Source of the DNA: Eledone cirrhosa
Taxonomy: Eukaryota
NCBI GenBank assembly: GCA_964016885.1
Contig: OZ024741.1
Coordinates: 55,738,001-55,802,000 of the forward strand
DNA: 64,000 nt
Direction of reading: 5' to 3'
In this document: piece after piece, positions 43,640-58,165 of the stretch
Numbering within the stretch: the stretch's first letter is position 1
Layout: the number at the start of each line of letters is the position of its first letter
Notes under the pieces: generated by a model
Seen by the model: only the letters and a program-made list of their open reading frames with translations
What the model was told of the DNA's origin: nothing
The model's database searches: none
Translations under genes and position numbers: made by a program

Positions 43640-44499
43640 TATTCTACCAAGGTGTGTTAAGCTCAATGCGTTATTCTGGTCTAAAACATGCAGGAACCAA
43701 AGTCCATAGTGTAATCCAAGGGTTATGATACTGGTAGGTGAAGACAACGAAACCCACAGAGCACAAAATAATCAATACAAAAGGAAAACCAAGGCTTCTA
43801 TTCAAATTCAATTTTTAATTTCTACAATCGTTTCTATGAAGATAGATGTAGTACCAGTACAAAGAATTGATTTTTCGGTCAATCTATTGGTTATTTATAT
43901 AGCACAAAAGTATCCAGCCTCATATCATCAGGTAATATAGATCGATCCATTGAGTTACTTTAACACATCAAGAAAATACATTCAAATAGCGAAAGGGACA
44001 CATGAGAAATATATAAGCAGGTGAGTGTGTGATTAGAGACTATTAATATAAGCATTTTGAAGGAAATTGTATTGTAAAAAAAAATTCCGTTAGAGGGGAA
44101 CTTAAACGGATTTGAAAGTCACTATGCATAACGAAAATAATAACATTTAAAATTACATGTATGAACAACTTAATGTAAGGTTCCTATAACATAAGGTCCA
44201 GTGTAGTAAATTCATCGAAAAGATTCTACTCACACGGAATCAAATGAAAAGAAGAAAGCTAATAAGGTCATTTTCTGCCTACAAAAGAAATGTATGTACG
44301 ATAATGCCCGGCTGTGTGAAGTAATTGTTTGTCTAATAATTGCTTCTACTTTTGGGAACAAGGCCAGCAATTATCCCAGTGTATTACTGGTGCTTTATTT
44401 TATCGACCCCGTAAGGATGAAAGGCAAAGTTAACCTCGGCGGGATTTGAACTCAGATCATAAAGGGCCGTAACTCTTTGCTGCAAAGCATTGGCGTTAC

Positions 44500-45420
44500 A
44501 TTGAAAACATGACTGTGTTCCAGTTTGATCATATATATTAAGGATTCCTTTGTATTTCCTTATTAGTTCTTTGAGTTTAGTTTGAAACCAAAGCTTTCGT
44601 AAATCCATGTGTTTATTAAGATTTCAAAACCTTTACAGCTTCACCTTCAGAAACAGAATGGTCATACTAGAGGCATATTGACCAAGTACTTAAAAGTGTT
44701 TGTAAAGTATAAGTGAAGCAACTAACTAGTACAGGGTGACCACTGAAAAACTTTTTTTGCAGGTTATAGAGAGCATCCCTTGCTGTTTTTCCCACATAAT
44801 ACTTGAAAAAATCCATTACTTATATTTCCAAATAAAAAAATAAAAACATTAAAAAAAACATGTGTTTGTAAAAGTTAATTTTGTTTTATATCATTCAGTC
44901 TTTCAGTGGCCACCCTATAGATTGTTGACGCCTGAGTTAAAATTTCTGAATAATTGAAGTATGGCAGTTATTGTATTTGGTTCCAAGTAACTTGTATCTG
45001 TGTGTTAGTGTTTGGTTTATAGTCTGTTATCAGTAGAGTCTGTTCGCCTTCTTTTCTGTGGAAATCTAGTTTATCAAATAATGTAGTTTACCAACTAATG
45101 TAGTTACATCTGATTTTTTGACATGTAGTGTATAGGATTGTATTGCGATAGCTCCTTGTTAAAATGTAAAGTTAACCAACAAGAAAGAGCTGTGGTTGTG
45201 TAACTGATGCAATAATAATTTTGGTCATGAAGTTCACAACTTTCATGGTTGCTTTGAAATTTATATATCACATTTATCATTTGTCTCAGAATGGCCAATG
45301 ACCAATACAGTTGATTCTATCTGTGATTGTGTGATAATGAGGAGGGGCTATTGTAATATTTTTGTAGTATATTTTAACTATGAGTTTGCGGTTAGGGTCG
45401 ATGCATGTTGTGTTTTTGTG
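44500..45420 (-). mobile_element. Degraded Penelope-like element (GIY-YIG remnant)
   Basis: ORF 45104-45298: NVIYKFQ..HESC...YYCISYTTTALSCWLTLH, a decayed VIYKF.C..C..YIGYTTT.LS.RLT.H motif. Confidence 0.7.
44732..44917. mobile_element. Tc1/mariner-type MITE nested in the Penelope remnant
   Basis: TA|CAGGGTGACCACTGAAA ... TTTCAGTGGCCACCCTA|TA. Confidence 0.8.
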
Positions 45421-47610
45421 CACCCTGGTAAACTAGCTGTAAGAAGATGCCACCAATGTGAGGTAAAGTCTACCTAGCTATAAGTAGGTACCACACTGAG
45501 ATAGTCTACTTTGATGTTATTAGTACTGTTGGTAGGGGGAATGGGTAGGAATTGTGATGAAGAGAGCTTGTGTGGATGATTGTATAGATGAGTGCCTAGT
45601 TCTGAGTGGTGTGGGAAGTGAAGAGGAGGTGAGTATGTGCCTGTGTGCGTAATTGTATTTGTGTCTCTGTGTGTAATTGAATCTGTGTCTGTGTCTATTT
45701 ATGTGTGCGTATCTGTGTGTATGTGTGTGAGTTGAATTTGTAAGTTTGTACGTGTGTAAATGGGTGCCACAGGTTGTCACAGTCCACCTAGCTGTAAATC
45801 GGCACCTCCCTAAGATGTCGCTTACGGACAGATCACCTCCCTCTCCTCATGTCTGCCTTTGAAGCTTTTAAAAGGGTCATGAGTAATGCCCTTACCCTGA
45901 CTAAGTGATGAAAACTATACCCCACCCCCAATGTAACAGAGATCAGATGTCAATAGACATTGCTCACATTTATCTATTAATATCCACAGACGGGTGGTGA
46001 ATTGGCACGTTTGGATTGCAATCTTTACAATCTGAGTTCAAATCTCGCCGAGGTCAACTTCTCCTTTTACCGTGGTCGATTAAATAAAATACCAGTCAAA
46101 TACTGGAGTCGACTTAATTGACTTTGCCTTCCCCCTCCACTCCAATTTGCTGGTTTGGGGCCTCCATTAGAAACCATACGTTCTTGGTTTAAATCTCACC
46201 GAGGTCAACATAGCCTTTCATCCTTCTGGGGTAGTTAAAATAAAGTGTCAGTATCGGTCGCTCTCCGACAGGTTTGCGGTCAAACCTGTAGCAGTGGAGA
46301 CTTCTGGTGTCCTTGACCCTAGGATCACCTCCCTACTCACCACCATCGGCACAGAGTTGGCTACCCGCAAGTGTGAGCCTCGCGAGCTGGAATGACTCTT
46401 CCAGTGCGTCTCCCTCACCACCTCCTGGGAAACACCTTATCTATTCTGTCTGCTGGGGTTGTGGGGTGGCCAGCATGAGGACCCCCATTTACTCATAATA
46501 GTGAGAGATGGGGAGAGCGGGAGGGACGAAAGCAGCGACAGTGGGAATTTGGTCCCATTGTGTTCGGACCTGGTGAATATGTATATATTTATTTACCATA
46601 CCACATTAATGAGACTCATAGGTGTCCTATGAAACTACTAGTTCCATGATATATGTATTGAAAAGACAGAAGATATAACATAATGGTCAACTTAAGTTTT
46701 TAAAAACCTGTTAGATAAGTCAAATGCTGGAGTTAAACGACTTTCCCCGCCCCAATTTGCTGGTTTTGTACCAAAATGAGAAATTATTATTCACAAAAGA
46801 AACTATTTATTTCTCCATTCATCCTACTTGCTTCCTTTTTTTTTTACTTCTGTTATCCCTTTTTTTTCTTCGTGTATTTTTTTGTTTTCTTTTTTCATTC
46901 TTGATACTTCTCTTTGTTCTTCATACAGCAGCCTCCTTTGTGTCATGGTCAGCTGTCGACAATTAAACTGCTTGATAACGGTCAGTTTTATAGTATGAAA
47001 GGTCAAGGGTGTCTCTTAACACCCATTTACATTGAGGTCATTAGTGAATGACGTGAGAGTCAGACACCCTTCTAAGAATAGGGTGTCTTTGGGAAGTGAC
47101 CAATAATTGTGTCGGAGAGTTTCTCTACGTGGTCATCTTCAAGAAAAAAAATAGCTAAATCTTCAAATTAAACCCTAAAAAACGAGAAAGCATCAGTAAA
47201 TGTTTGAAGTTAACGGATAATATGTCCTCCTCTCCACTAGAAACAGTCTTTCTTGAACATTAGATGCTCATCAAGCTGGAGGTTATCCCAGGTTTCATGT
47301 AATGTTAAATAACGGAAAGTAGAACATTCCTTCTTGGACACCAACACCGGTGTGTAGCAAGATGCTAGTGGTGGTTATTTATTTTTCAGCTGAGTTGACT
47401 GGAGTAAGTTGAAATTAAGTGTCTTACTTAAGGATGCAACGTACCATCTGGTCTGAGTCTGGGGATTAAATTTACGGAATTACGACTATGAACTCAAGAC
47501 TAAACCACGCGAGTGTGGTCTAATTATACTATCGTTAGAAAAATATCGAATGATCACGCCTAGAACGCCTTTGGCAAAAGACCTGCTCAGTCTGGGCAGT
47601 GCTGCGTTTA

Positions 47611-48140
47611 AACATTGTCAATCTATCCAGTCAACATCTACACATTGTCAATCTATCCAGTCAACATCTACACATTGTCAATCTATCCAGTCAACATCTA
47701 CACATTGTCAATCTATCCAGTCAACGTCTACACATTGTCAATCTATCCAGTCAATATCTACATATTTCCAGTATACTCAGTCAACATCTTCACATTGTCA
47801 GTCTATCCAGTCAACATCTACACACTGTCAATCTATCCAGTCAACATCTACACACTGTCAATCTATCCAGTCAATATCTACACATTTCCAGTCTACTCTA
47901 CTCAGTCAACATCTACACATTGTCAATCTATCCAGTCAACATCTACACATTTCCAGTCTACTCTGTCAACATCTACACATTGTCAATCTATCCAGTCAAC
48001 ATCTTCACATTGTCAATATATCCAGTCAACATCTACATAGTTCCAGTCTATCCAGTCAACACCTACATATTTCCAGTCTACTCAGTCAACATCTACACAC
48101 TAAGTTTAAATATACAGTCAACATCTACTCACTATGTTTA
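47611..48140. repeat. 30-bp minisatellite (~17 units, two unit types), with a decayed continuation at 48505-48660
   Basis: Units ACATTGTCAATCTATCCAGTCAACATCTAC and ACATTTCCAGTCTACTCAGTCAACATCTAC. Confidence 0.95.
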
Positions 48141-48147
48141 TATATCC

Positions 48148-48502
48148 TAGTGTTTCTCAAACCTTCCGCTGCGAGATGTATCTGGGTGCGCCGGAAAAGA
48201 ATGAGTTTCTATTTTAAATTGTGAAAAATATAAATTGAAATCCGGAATAAAGTTCATGTATAACTGTCAAAGTGGGAAACAGCTGAACCAAGAGTAAAAA
48301 CATTCCCAACACGTATCAAACACATGCTTCTCATTGATAATTTTGCTCTATTTATTGACCTAAAGAAGGAAGAGCAGATTTTTTTTTTTCTGTATATTTT
48401 AATTATCTATAAATAAATTTTCGAATTTAGGTACAAAATGCGCCAAAATATGTTTACTTGATCTAAAGTACGCCGTGAGTAAAATTAGTTTTAGAACCAC
48501 TG
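48148..48502. mobile_element. hAT-like MITE inserted in the 30-bp minisatellite
   Basis: Termini TAGTGTTTCTCAAAC ... GTTTTAGAACCACTG resemble hAT/Charlie TIRs. The TSD is decayed. Confidence 0.6.
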
Positions 48503-48710
48503 ATTCATCTAGTCAATGGCTACACACCGTGTCAATCTATCTAGTTAACATCGTCATAGGGTCAATCTACCTATACAGTGAACATCTTCAGACAGTGTCT
48601 GTCTATCTATCAGAGTACATACCGGCTCACTATATCTATCTATCCAGTCACACTGTGCCTAGATGTATATAAAAAGACTCCAGCTGCATTTTCGATTTCT
48701 TTTCTTTGTT

Positions 48711-48742
<32 letters not shown>

Positions 48743-48743
<1 letters not shown>

Positions 48744-49041
48744 GAAGTACTTCCGTAGGAAAGGTACAGGAAAAGAGAGTGCTCTATGTAGGCTACAGAG
48801 CTTATTAGTTATGTAATAAAGAACATAAGATAATTATTTCATTTACCAGTGGTTTCTAGAAGGCAGATATTTATATTTAAGGAATAAATAACATGGTGTT
48901 TATATTAAATATGGATTTAAAATCCATATTTAATAAAAACACCATGTTATTTATTCATTCTGACGACTGAAGACAGATATAAATATCTGCCTTCTAGAAA
49001 CCACTGGTAAATGAAATAATTATCTTATGTTGTTTATTACA

Positions 49042-49046
<5 letters not shown>
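48743..49046. mobile_element. Fold-back element with an intact hammerhead at 48954-49015 (+); same family as 11569-12285
   Basis: Palindrome centred at ATGGATTTAAAATCCAT (~48918). Plus strand reads TTCATT-CTGACGA-CTGAAGACAGATAT-AA-ATATCTGCCTTCTA-GAAA-CCACTGG-TA-AATGAA. Confidence 0.9.
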
Positions 49047-49109
<63 letters not shown>

Positions 49110-49116
<7 letters not shown>

Positions 49117-49260
49117 GATGCAGTAAAAGCCTGTTACATTATTATTCACCAGAGTACTCGATACTTGTGATAGTAGAGTGTGGTAATATGAAATAGTCGG
49201 GACCCCGACTAGCTGTTGAAACGGCAAGAGCTCAGCCGTCGGGGTCCCGACTCTTTCATA
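49110..49260. mobile_element. Fold-back PLE-like terminus with half-hammerhead
   Basis: TATGAAATAGTCGGGACCCCGAC ... GAAACGGCAAGAGCTCAGCCGTCGGGGTCCCGACTCTTTCATA. Confidence 0.7.
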
Positions 49261-49592
49261 TACGTATATATATATATATATCATAGATTGAGTTAAAAAC
49301 TCAAAATAGTCTTTTACAATTAAATAGCTCAAAGAAGGGAATCTATCCGAGCCGTGTAATATAATTGGATATATGAGAGGGATGAACACAGATATAACTA
49401 TACATGTGTTCCAATTGTAAATGACCAACTTAACTAGATTGAAAAAATACTAATTTAAAACAATATGGTTTGCCTGACTCGATTTAAAGTAATAAATCAA
49501 TAAAAATAACAAACTTTATCGGGCAATAGCCTTTGATACCCGGACAGACCTAAATCTGTTTCGCAAGAATTATTAAGTGAAAGCCAGAATTC

Positions 49593-49671
<79 letters not shown>

Positions 49672-49771
49672 ACGGTTCTTATATATTTGATATATATTTA
49701 TCCTTATCGAGCCCTCTTTGGATTTTAGTCTTCAAATTTATTATTATTACTATATATATATATATATATAC

Positions 49772-50236
<465 letters not shown>

Positions 50237-50237
50237 A

Positions 50238-50558
<321 letters not shown>

Positions 50559-50568
50559 GTATATATAT

Positions 50569-50717
<149 letters not shown>

Positions 50718-50729
50718 ATATATATATAC

Positions 50730-50814
<85 letters not shown>

Positions 50815-50816
<2 letters not shown>

Positions 50817-52348
50817 AAAGAATAGAGGTATAACACACGAGTTATGATATATTGGTAAAAGGAAAAGAAAATGCTGACAAATTGTAGAGGGGAAAGATTC
50901 TGAAAGCCTCCGCCAACGCATGACTGTCCATAGATCCCAAATTAAAATACGGGAATACAGGAAAATACCACTGAGTGAACACATTTTACCTGTGCCACCC
51001 AAAATCATCCCAACTTCAGAATCTTGGACAGTCATGCGTTGGCGGAGGCTTTCAGAATCTTTCCCCTCTACAAATTTAAAGATAATACCACCCACACCCA
51101 GCGCATCAGCGAGGAATCTCACTTTATTAACAAATACGGACCCCGTCTAAACACTTCTCCCTAAGACGAACCCACAACATACACACGTCAACATACATAC
51201 CTACATCAGCATACATCCTACATACATCTCTATCCACATATAAACACAATGACATACGTAAACACACATGTTCTATGGTGCAACACAAATATACACAAAT
51301 TTGCATACCTTTTGATGTCTATAGATATAAACGTGCCGACACACACACATACATATACGCACACATGCATTGCACGCTGATGGGCACATAATATTTGTAC
51401 ACAAGTATTCCAATACGGCAAGGCCTAATGGATTCCCCTTGCAGTACGTACAATCTGGACACTCACACACACCTTTTATTATTAAGGTTTTTGATGTTCT
51501 ATTGAGAGAATCGTTTTTACTGAAAATATCGAATAATGTACACCATTTTTACCAGTATCACAAAAATACTGGTCCACCCACACACACACACACATTCTCA
51601 CACACACACACACATTCTCACACACACACACACATTCTCACACACACACACACACACATATATACACACACACATACACACGCGTACATTAACATACAAA
51701 GAGACATACACACACACACACACACACTTCTCCGTATAAGACAAGAGCTGAAAAATATCTTTTAACATGTTAAAATATCCCCCACACACGTACAGACACA
51801 TTCCTACTGACCGATCCCTCTACCACGAATTACTCTGCTACACACACACACGCACACACACTTGTCTTAATAGGCATTTGAACTGTCAGCAGGCTGCGGT
51901 TCGCACACACATCCCTGCTGACCATTATCACAACAACGAACCTCTTTACTACTACTACACACACACACACATATTTGTCTTGAAAGACTTATTTTTCAGT
52001 GACTTCTCAATCAGCCGAGACAAACCTACATTTGGCTCAAAATCAATTTTTAACATTCACATGACCTCTACCGACCAATCAAAATTGTTTTGACCACAAG
52101 AATTTTTTCATACATCTGGAGCCACTTTTTTTACATAAAACAGGTAGAATTTCCAAAACTAATCAGATTAGAGCAAACATCACGGGCGCTCTATTTCAAA
52201 ATTATTTTTGAAAAGCATTAGAAATGCGCAACCGGTAAAACTTAAAACCAAAACTGAATACTAACCAATACTATTACTAATTTTTACTTATTCCTAATTA
52301 ATCTATTTTTCACTGGGAACAATTTGTCAGCATTTTCTTTTCCTTTTA

Positions 52349-52355
<7 letters not shown>
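50815..52355. mobile_element. Unclassified element with nested inverted repeats
   Basis: 50879-50930 is inverted at 51024-51076, and 50846-50883 is inverted at 52321-52356. Confidence 0.5.
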
Positions 52356-52383
<28 letters not shown>

Positions 52384-52740
52384 ATATTCTACAGTAGTTA
52401 ACATGCGAAGTAAATATACTTTGCTAAAGAGATCTAATAAAATCGATACAAGTCGGTTGCTTTCGTCAAGTTTGTTTATAAACAAGGCCCACTTGCACGG
52501 ATTGTCTAAAATTGTACCAAAAAGCTTGAAACATTCTAGGTTATATGCGTTATCTCTCTTGTTTCCTTCAATGATCCGAACACTTCTAAAGGGAGTTTCG
52601 GCCTAAAAATTGCGAGAATAGACAGCTGATTGAAGTTTTTTTTTCTCTTACTATATTCACTATACGGAATTCTGTATGTATGTATGTATGTATGTATGTA
52701 TGTATGTATGTATGTATGTATGTATGTATGTATGTATGTA

Positions 52741-53667
52741 CCATGGGCCCAGCACTATGTGTCAATAATTGTCACAAATGTACCAGAGTTTTCAAGTCGC
52801 TGGCTGGACTAAAAAGTCACACTCGTTCAGCGCATCAGTAGGGGTTCTCCTACATTAATATAAAGTAGTGGCCATACTCGAAAACGAGTTGGCAGCCACC
52901 ATGTATGTATGTATGTATGTATGTATATATGTATGTTTGTATGTATGAATGTATGTTTGTATGTATGTGAGTATGTATGTATGTATGTATGTATGTTGGT
53001 ATGTATGCATGTATGTATGTATGTATGTATGTATGTATGTATGTATGTATGTATGTATGTATGTCAGGTCACCAGTTGGTGCTACTGGTAACATGTATCC
53101 CAGTACAACCTGTCTCATGGTCGGGTCGTTGGCGACTAAACTGGCAACCCCACCAAGGTTTCTTGGTGAGGAGGGTGACTTTGGACATCCTGCAGGACTA
53201 AAAACATAACCTGTCAAAGGGTAAAGGAGCTCTTAAGAGTCAATGGCCATCCAAAATCACTGGGAGAGATGACCCCTTAGCCTTTGTCAAGGCAGAATTC
53301 TAGGAGAAGGAAAACTCTGATATAACACCTGCAACCCTGATGGTATCCAATGATGTTGAATTGTTCTTCTTTTTGGTAAATATCATCTTGGTTAAGAGAG
53401 TGGGACTGGCTTTGTGCAGTGCCTTTGCTCACTATAAAAGCTTCAGGCACAGGCATTGCTTATATCTGGAGATCTCTCTGCACTTGCCGTCACATGGTAC
53501 CATGGGCCCAGCACTGTGTCAATAATTGTCACAAGTGTAGTGTTTGTACCAGAGTTTTCAAATCGCTGGCTGGACTAAAAATTCCCACTCGTTCAGCGCA
53601 TCGGTAGGGGTTCTCCTACATGGATATAAGGTAGTGGCCGTACTCGAAAACGAGTTGGCAGCCACCA
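52741..53667 (+). mobile_element. RTE-derived non-autonomous elements (3' fragment 52741-52901; full copy 53064-53667) in (ATGT)n
   Basis: Both end GAAAACGAGTTGGCAGCCACC(ATGT)n and are homologous to 5256-5853. Confidence 0.75.
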
Positions 53668-54070
53668 TGTATGTATGTATGTATGTATGTATGTATGTAT
53701 GTATGTATGTATGTATGTATGTATGTGAGTATGTATGTATGTATGTGAGTATGTATGTGATTAGGCTATTCGGCTTAAAATCGTAAGGTTCTGAGTTCGA
53801 TTCTCGGCGGTGCGTTGTATCCTAGAGCAAGATACTTCATTTCACGTTCCTCCAGTCCACTCAGCAGGCAAAATTTAGTTGTGCTTGAATGGTCGGCCTT
53901 GTCACATTCTGTGTCACACTGAATCTCCCTGATAACTACGTTAAGGGTACGCGTGTCTGTGGAATACTCAGCCACTTGCAAGTTAATTTCATGAATAGGC
54001 TGTTCCCTTGATCAGATCATCTGGAACACTCGTCGTCATAACCGAGGAGTGCCTCCATGTCCATGTATAG

Positions 54071-54108
<38 letters not shown>

Positions 54109-54204
54109 GAAAAGTATAGAAATTATTGTAGCAAGAAGCCAACAGTATTCCATAATATATAAGTGACTATAGCGTCAAAATGGGAAAATAGTTAACGTAA
54201 GACG

Positions 54205-54247
<43 letters not shown>

Positions 54248-54254
54248 GGAGAGG

Positions 54255-54305
<51 letters not shown>

Positions 54306-54679
54306 AAGTTGTAAATATCACGGGAGATATATCTAAGGGTCTGTTTTTCTTTTTTGATTCGTCAAAGTGACATTATTGAAAAGATAGTCTTATTAAAAAG
54401 ATAATTGTTTCTGGTACTTTATTTTATCGACCCCGTAAGGATGAAAGGCAAAGTTAACCTCGGCGGGATTTGAACTCAGTTCGTAAAGGGACGTAACTAT
54501 GCTGCAAAGCATGGCGTCTGACCCTCTACCGATACTACCAATCCACCAAAAGATAATGTCATTAAAAAAAGAGAGGGACAATTCTTTTTAAATATATATA
54601 TATGCGAGAGAGAGAGAGAGATAAAGAGAGAGAGAGAGGGGGAGAGAGATAGTAGGTAGATAGATAGATATAGAGAGAA

Positions 54680-54735
<56 letters not shown>

Positions 54736-54846
54736 AATTTATATCTAGTAACATTTATATACATACAGATGCATATCAATGCTAGCAAATATATAGGTTT
54801 TGTCTTAGTAACATTGTGGTTCAATGCATGGGGTTGCAGAACAATA

Positions 54847-55773
<927 letters not shown>

Positions 55774-56101
55774 AATATTGATTTAGTTATTAATATTCAT
55801 ATTACTTGGGCCTCCCACTGAAGAGTTATAAGAGCCCACTTGCATGGAATCCATTGATCTTATGCAAGCTTCTACATAACTGGACACTTTTCTCCCACTT
55901 TGTAGAAATCTTATAATGAAACGATCGTATGGGGAAAGAGATTTATTTTATTATGTCTCATATAAAATAATACAGCCGCTTATCCACACAATACAATATA
56001 GTTAGCACTCCAAACGTTTAATTGGGAATATACTTAAGTTGAGTGTGTTGGAAATTGGTCGGAGTATCGCTAATAGCTTTCCCTGTTAATGTATTAAGTT
56101 A

Positions 56102-56186
<85 letters not shown>

Positions 56187-56302
56187 GGGTGTGGTATGTA
56201 TATATGTGTAGTGTATCCGTGTGGTGTTGACGAACGTGAGAATTAGTAATCAATACCAAAATAGAGTTTAATAATATCCTTTATTATGGCTAAGTAATGA
56301 AT

Positions 56303-56355
56303 CATGTTACTTGGGAGTTTCGCCTGTATACTCACAGGATCATCAGGAGTCACGG
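56303..56355 (-). ncRNA. Hammerhead ribozyme motif (weak helix I)
   Basis: Minus strand reads CTGATGA-T-CCTGT-GAGTAT-ACAGG-C-GAAA-CT-CCCA-AG-TA. Confidence 0.65.
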
Positions 56356-57634
56356 GTTCATATATATACACACATATTCACAGTCTCGATTTATCATGTA
56401 CAATCTCTACAAGATGGTGAATTGACGGAGTTGTTAGAACGTTGAATAGAAAGATTTACGTATTCGTTTCGGCTTTCTCTTCTCTGCGTTCAAATCCCAC
56501 CGAGGTCAACGATGTCTTTCATCCATTCAAGTACTTGGGTCAATTCTTCTTCTATATCTTTTCTCATTCTATATCTTTTTCTCATTTCCAGTCTCACAAT
56601 CTCTATCCTTCTCTGGAAGAAATCTGCCGTATTCAGAACCTGGAGAGGAGATTGGCTCTGTCAGCTCTTTTAATATGTTCTAGAAACGTTGTATTTCACT
56701 ACGGCGCCCCTACGATTCTTCAAGAGTTACATACCATGCATGCATGTATGTATGTGTGTATGTATGGATGCATGCATGCATATATGTATGTGTGTATGCA
56801 TGGATGGATGGATGGATGTGTGTATGTATGGATGGATGCATGTATGTATGGATGGATGCATGTATGTATGATTTTTTTTCGTGGAGCGAGAGACTCCTAC
56901 TCTTCATTAAGACATCTCTCTAGAAGGTCACTCTAATACAAAACCTGTGACTTCGTTTGCATCCAATGATGTAGACCAGTTCTAGTTTTGGGGGTAAATA
57001 CATTCGATGTTCAGAGAGTGGGATTGGCCCCGTGCAAAGCCTTTCCTTACTTAAAAAAGCTTCAAGCATAGGCATCGCTTCATTTATTACATTTTTTGCG
57101 ATGCATGGTATTGCTGGCCATAGGCAAATCTCTAGCAAAACTAAAAGGCCACGTCCGTGATGTTCATGCTTAAGTATCAAGCGATGGCATTACCCAAAAT
57201 CGAGTTGCAGCCATCATCATGTATGTATGTATGTATGTATGTATGTATTCATCATATATTTTGGCAGATTAGTGAACAACAATTTAATATACATATACGC
57301 GTGTGTGTATGTGTTTGCGCGCGTGTGTGTGTGTGTGTGTGTACATAAATACACACACACACACACACATAGATAGATATATATACACACACAAGCACAC
57401 AAAAATACTCATATATACTCACACACAGAGAGAAACACACACTCACATACACAGAAGCGCACACAAATGTTAGAGAATGAAAAAGAACATAAATAATCGA
57501 GGTTGTGAGAAAGTAAATATTTGGGGTTTTATGTCAACTAGAAGACGTAGCTTCCGTCCCAATCGAATATTTTGTTTTAAGTAGGTCAGAGATCATCTTC
57601 TTGTGTCGACCTCTCATATAACACTTTGGGGACA

Positions 57635-57704
<70 letters not shown>

Positions 57705-57815
57705 CTCTCTCTCTCTCTCTCTCTCTCTGTCCCGCTCTCTTTCTCTATTTCTCTATTTCTCTATTTCTCTCTCTCTCACTCCCTCACTCCCTCTCTCTAT
57801 CTATTTATTTATCTA

Positions 57816-57903
<88 letters not shown>

Positions 57904-58107
57904 TCTCTCTCTCTCTCTTTGTGTTTCTACGCATAGAATTGCTTAGAGGCAGTAATAATATACACAAAATTTGGTTGGTATTTAGTCATTTAGACATATA
58001 TACGCATTATATATAGAGAGAGAAAGATAAAGTGAGAGAGAGGCAGACAGAGAGACATATATAGATATAGATAGATATATATAGAGAGAGGGGAGAGAGA
58101 GAGATAA

Positions 58108-58163
<56 letters not shown>

Positions 58164-58165
<2 letters not shown>

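Noticed and set aside
44588-44655. Hammerhead downstream of the decayed Penelope
   Set aside because: GAAAGCTT and a partial helix II are present on the minus strand, but the core reads CTGAAGG/GTGAAGC and helix I is not supported.
50874-50912. CTGACAA...GAAAGCCTC as a hammerhead
   Set aside because: Core G8 is missing and helices I and II are not convincing.
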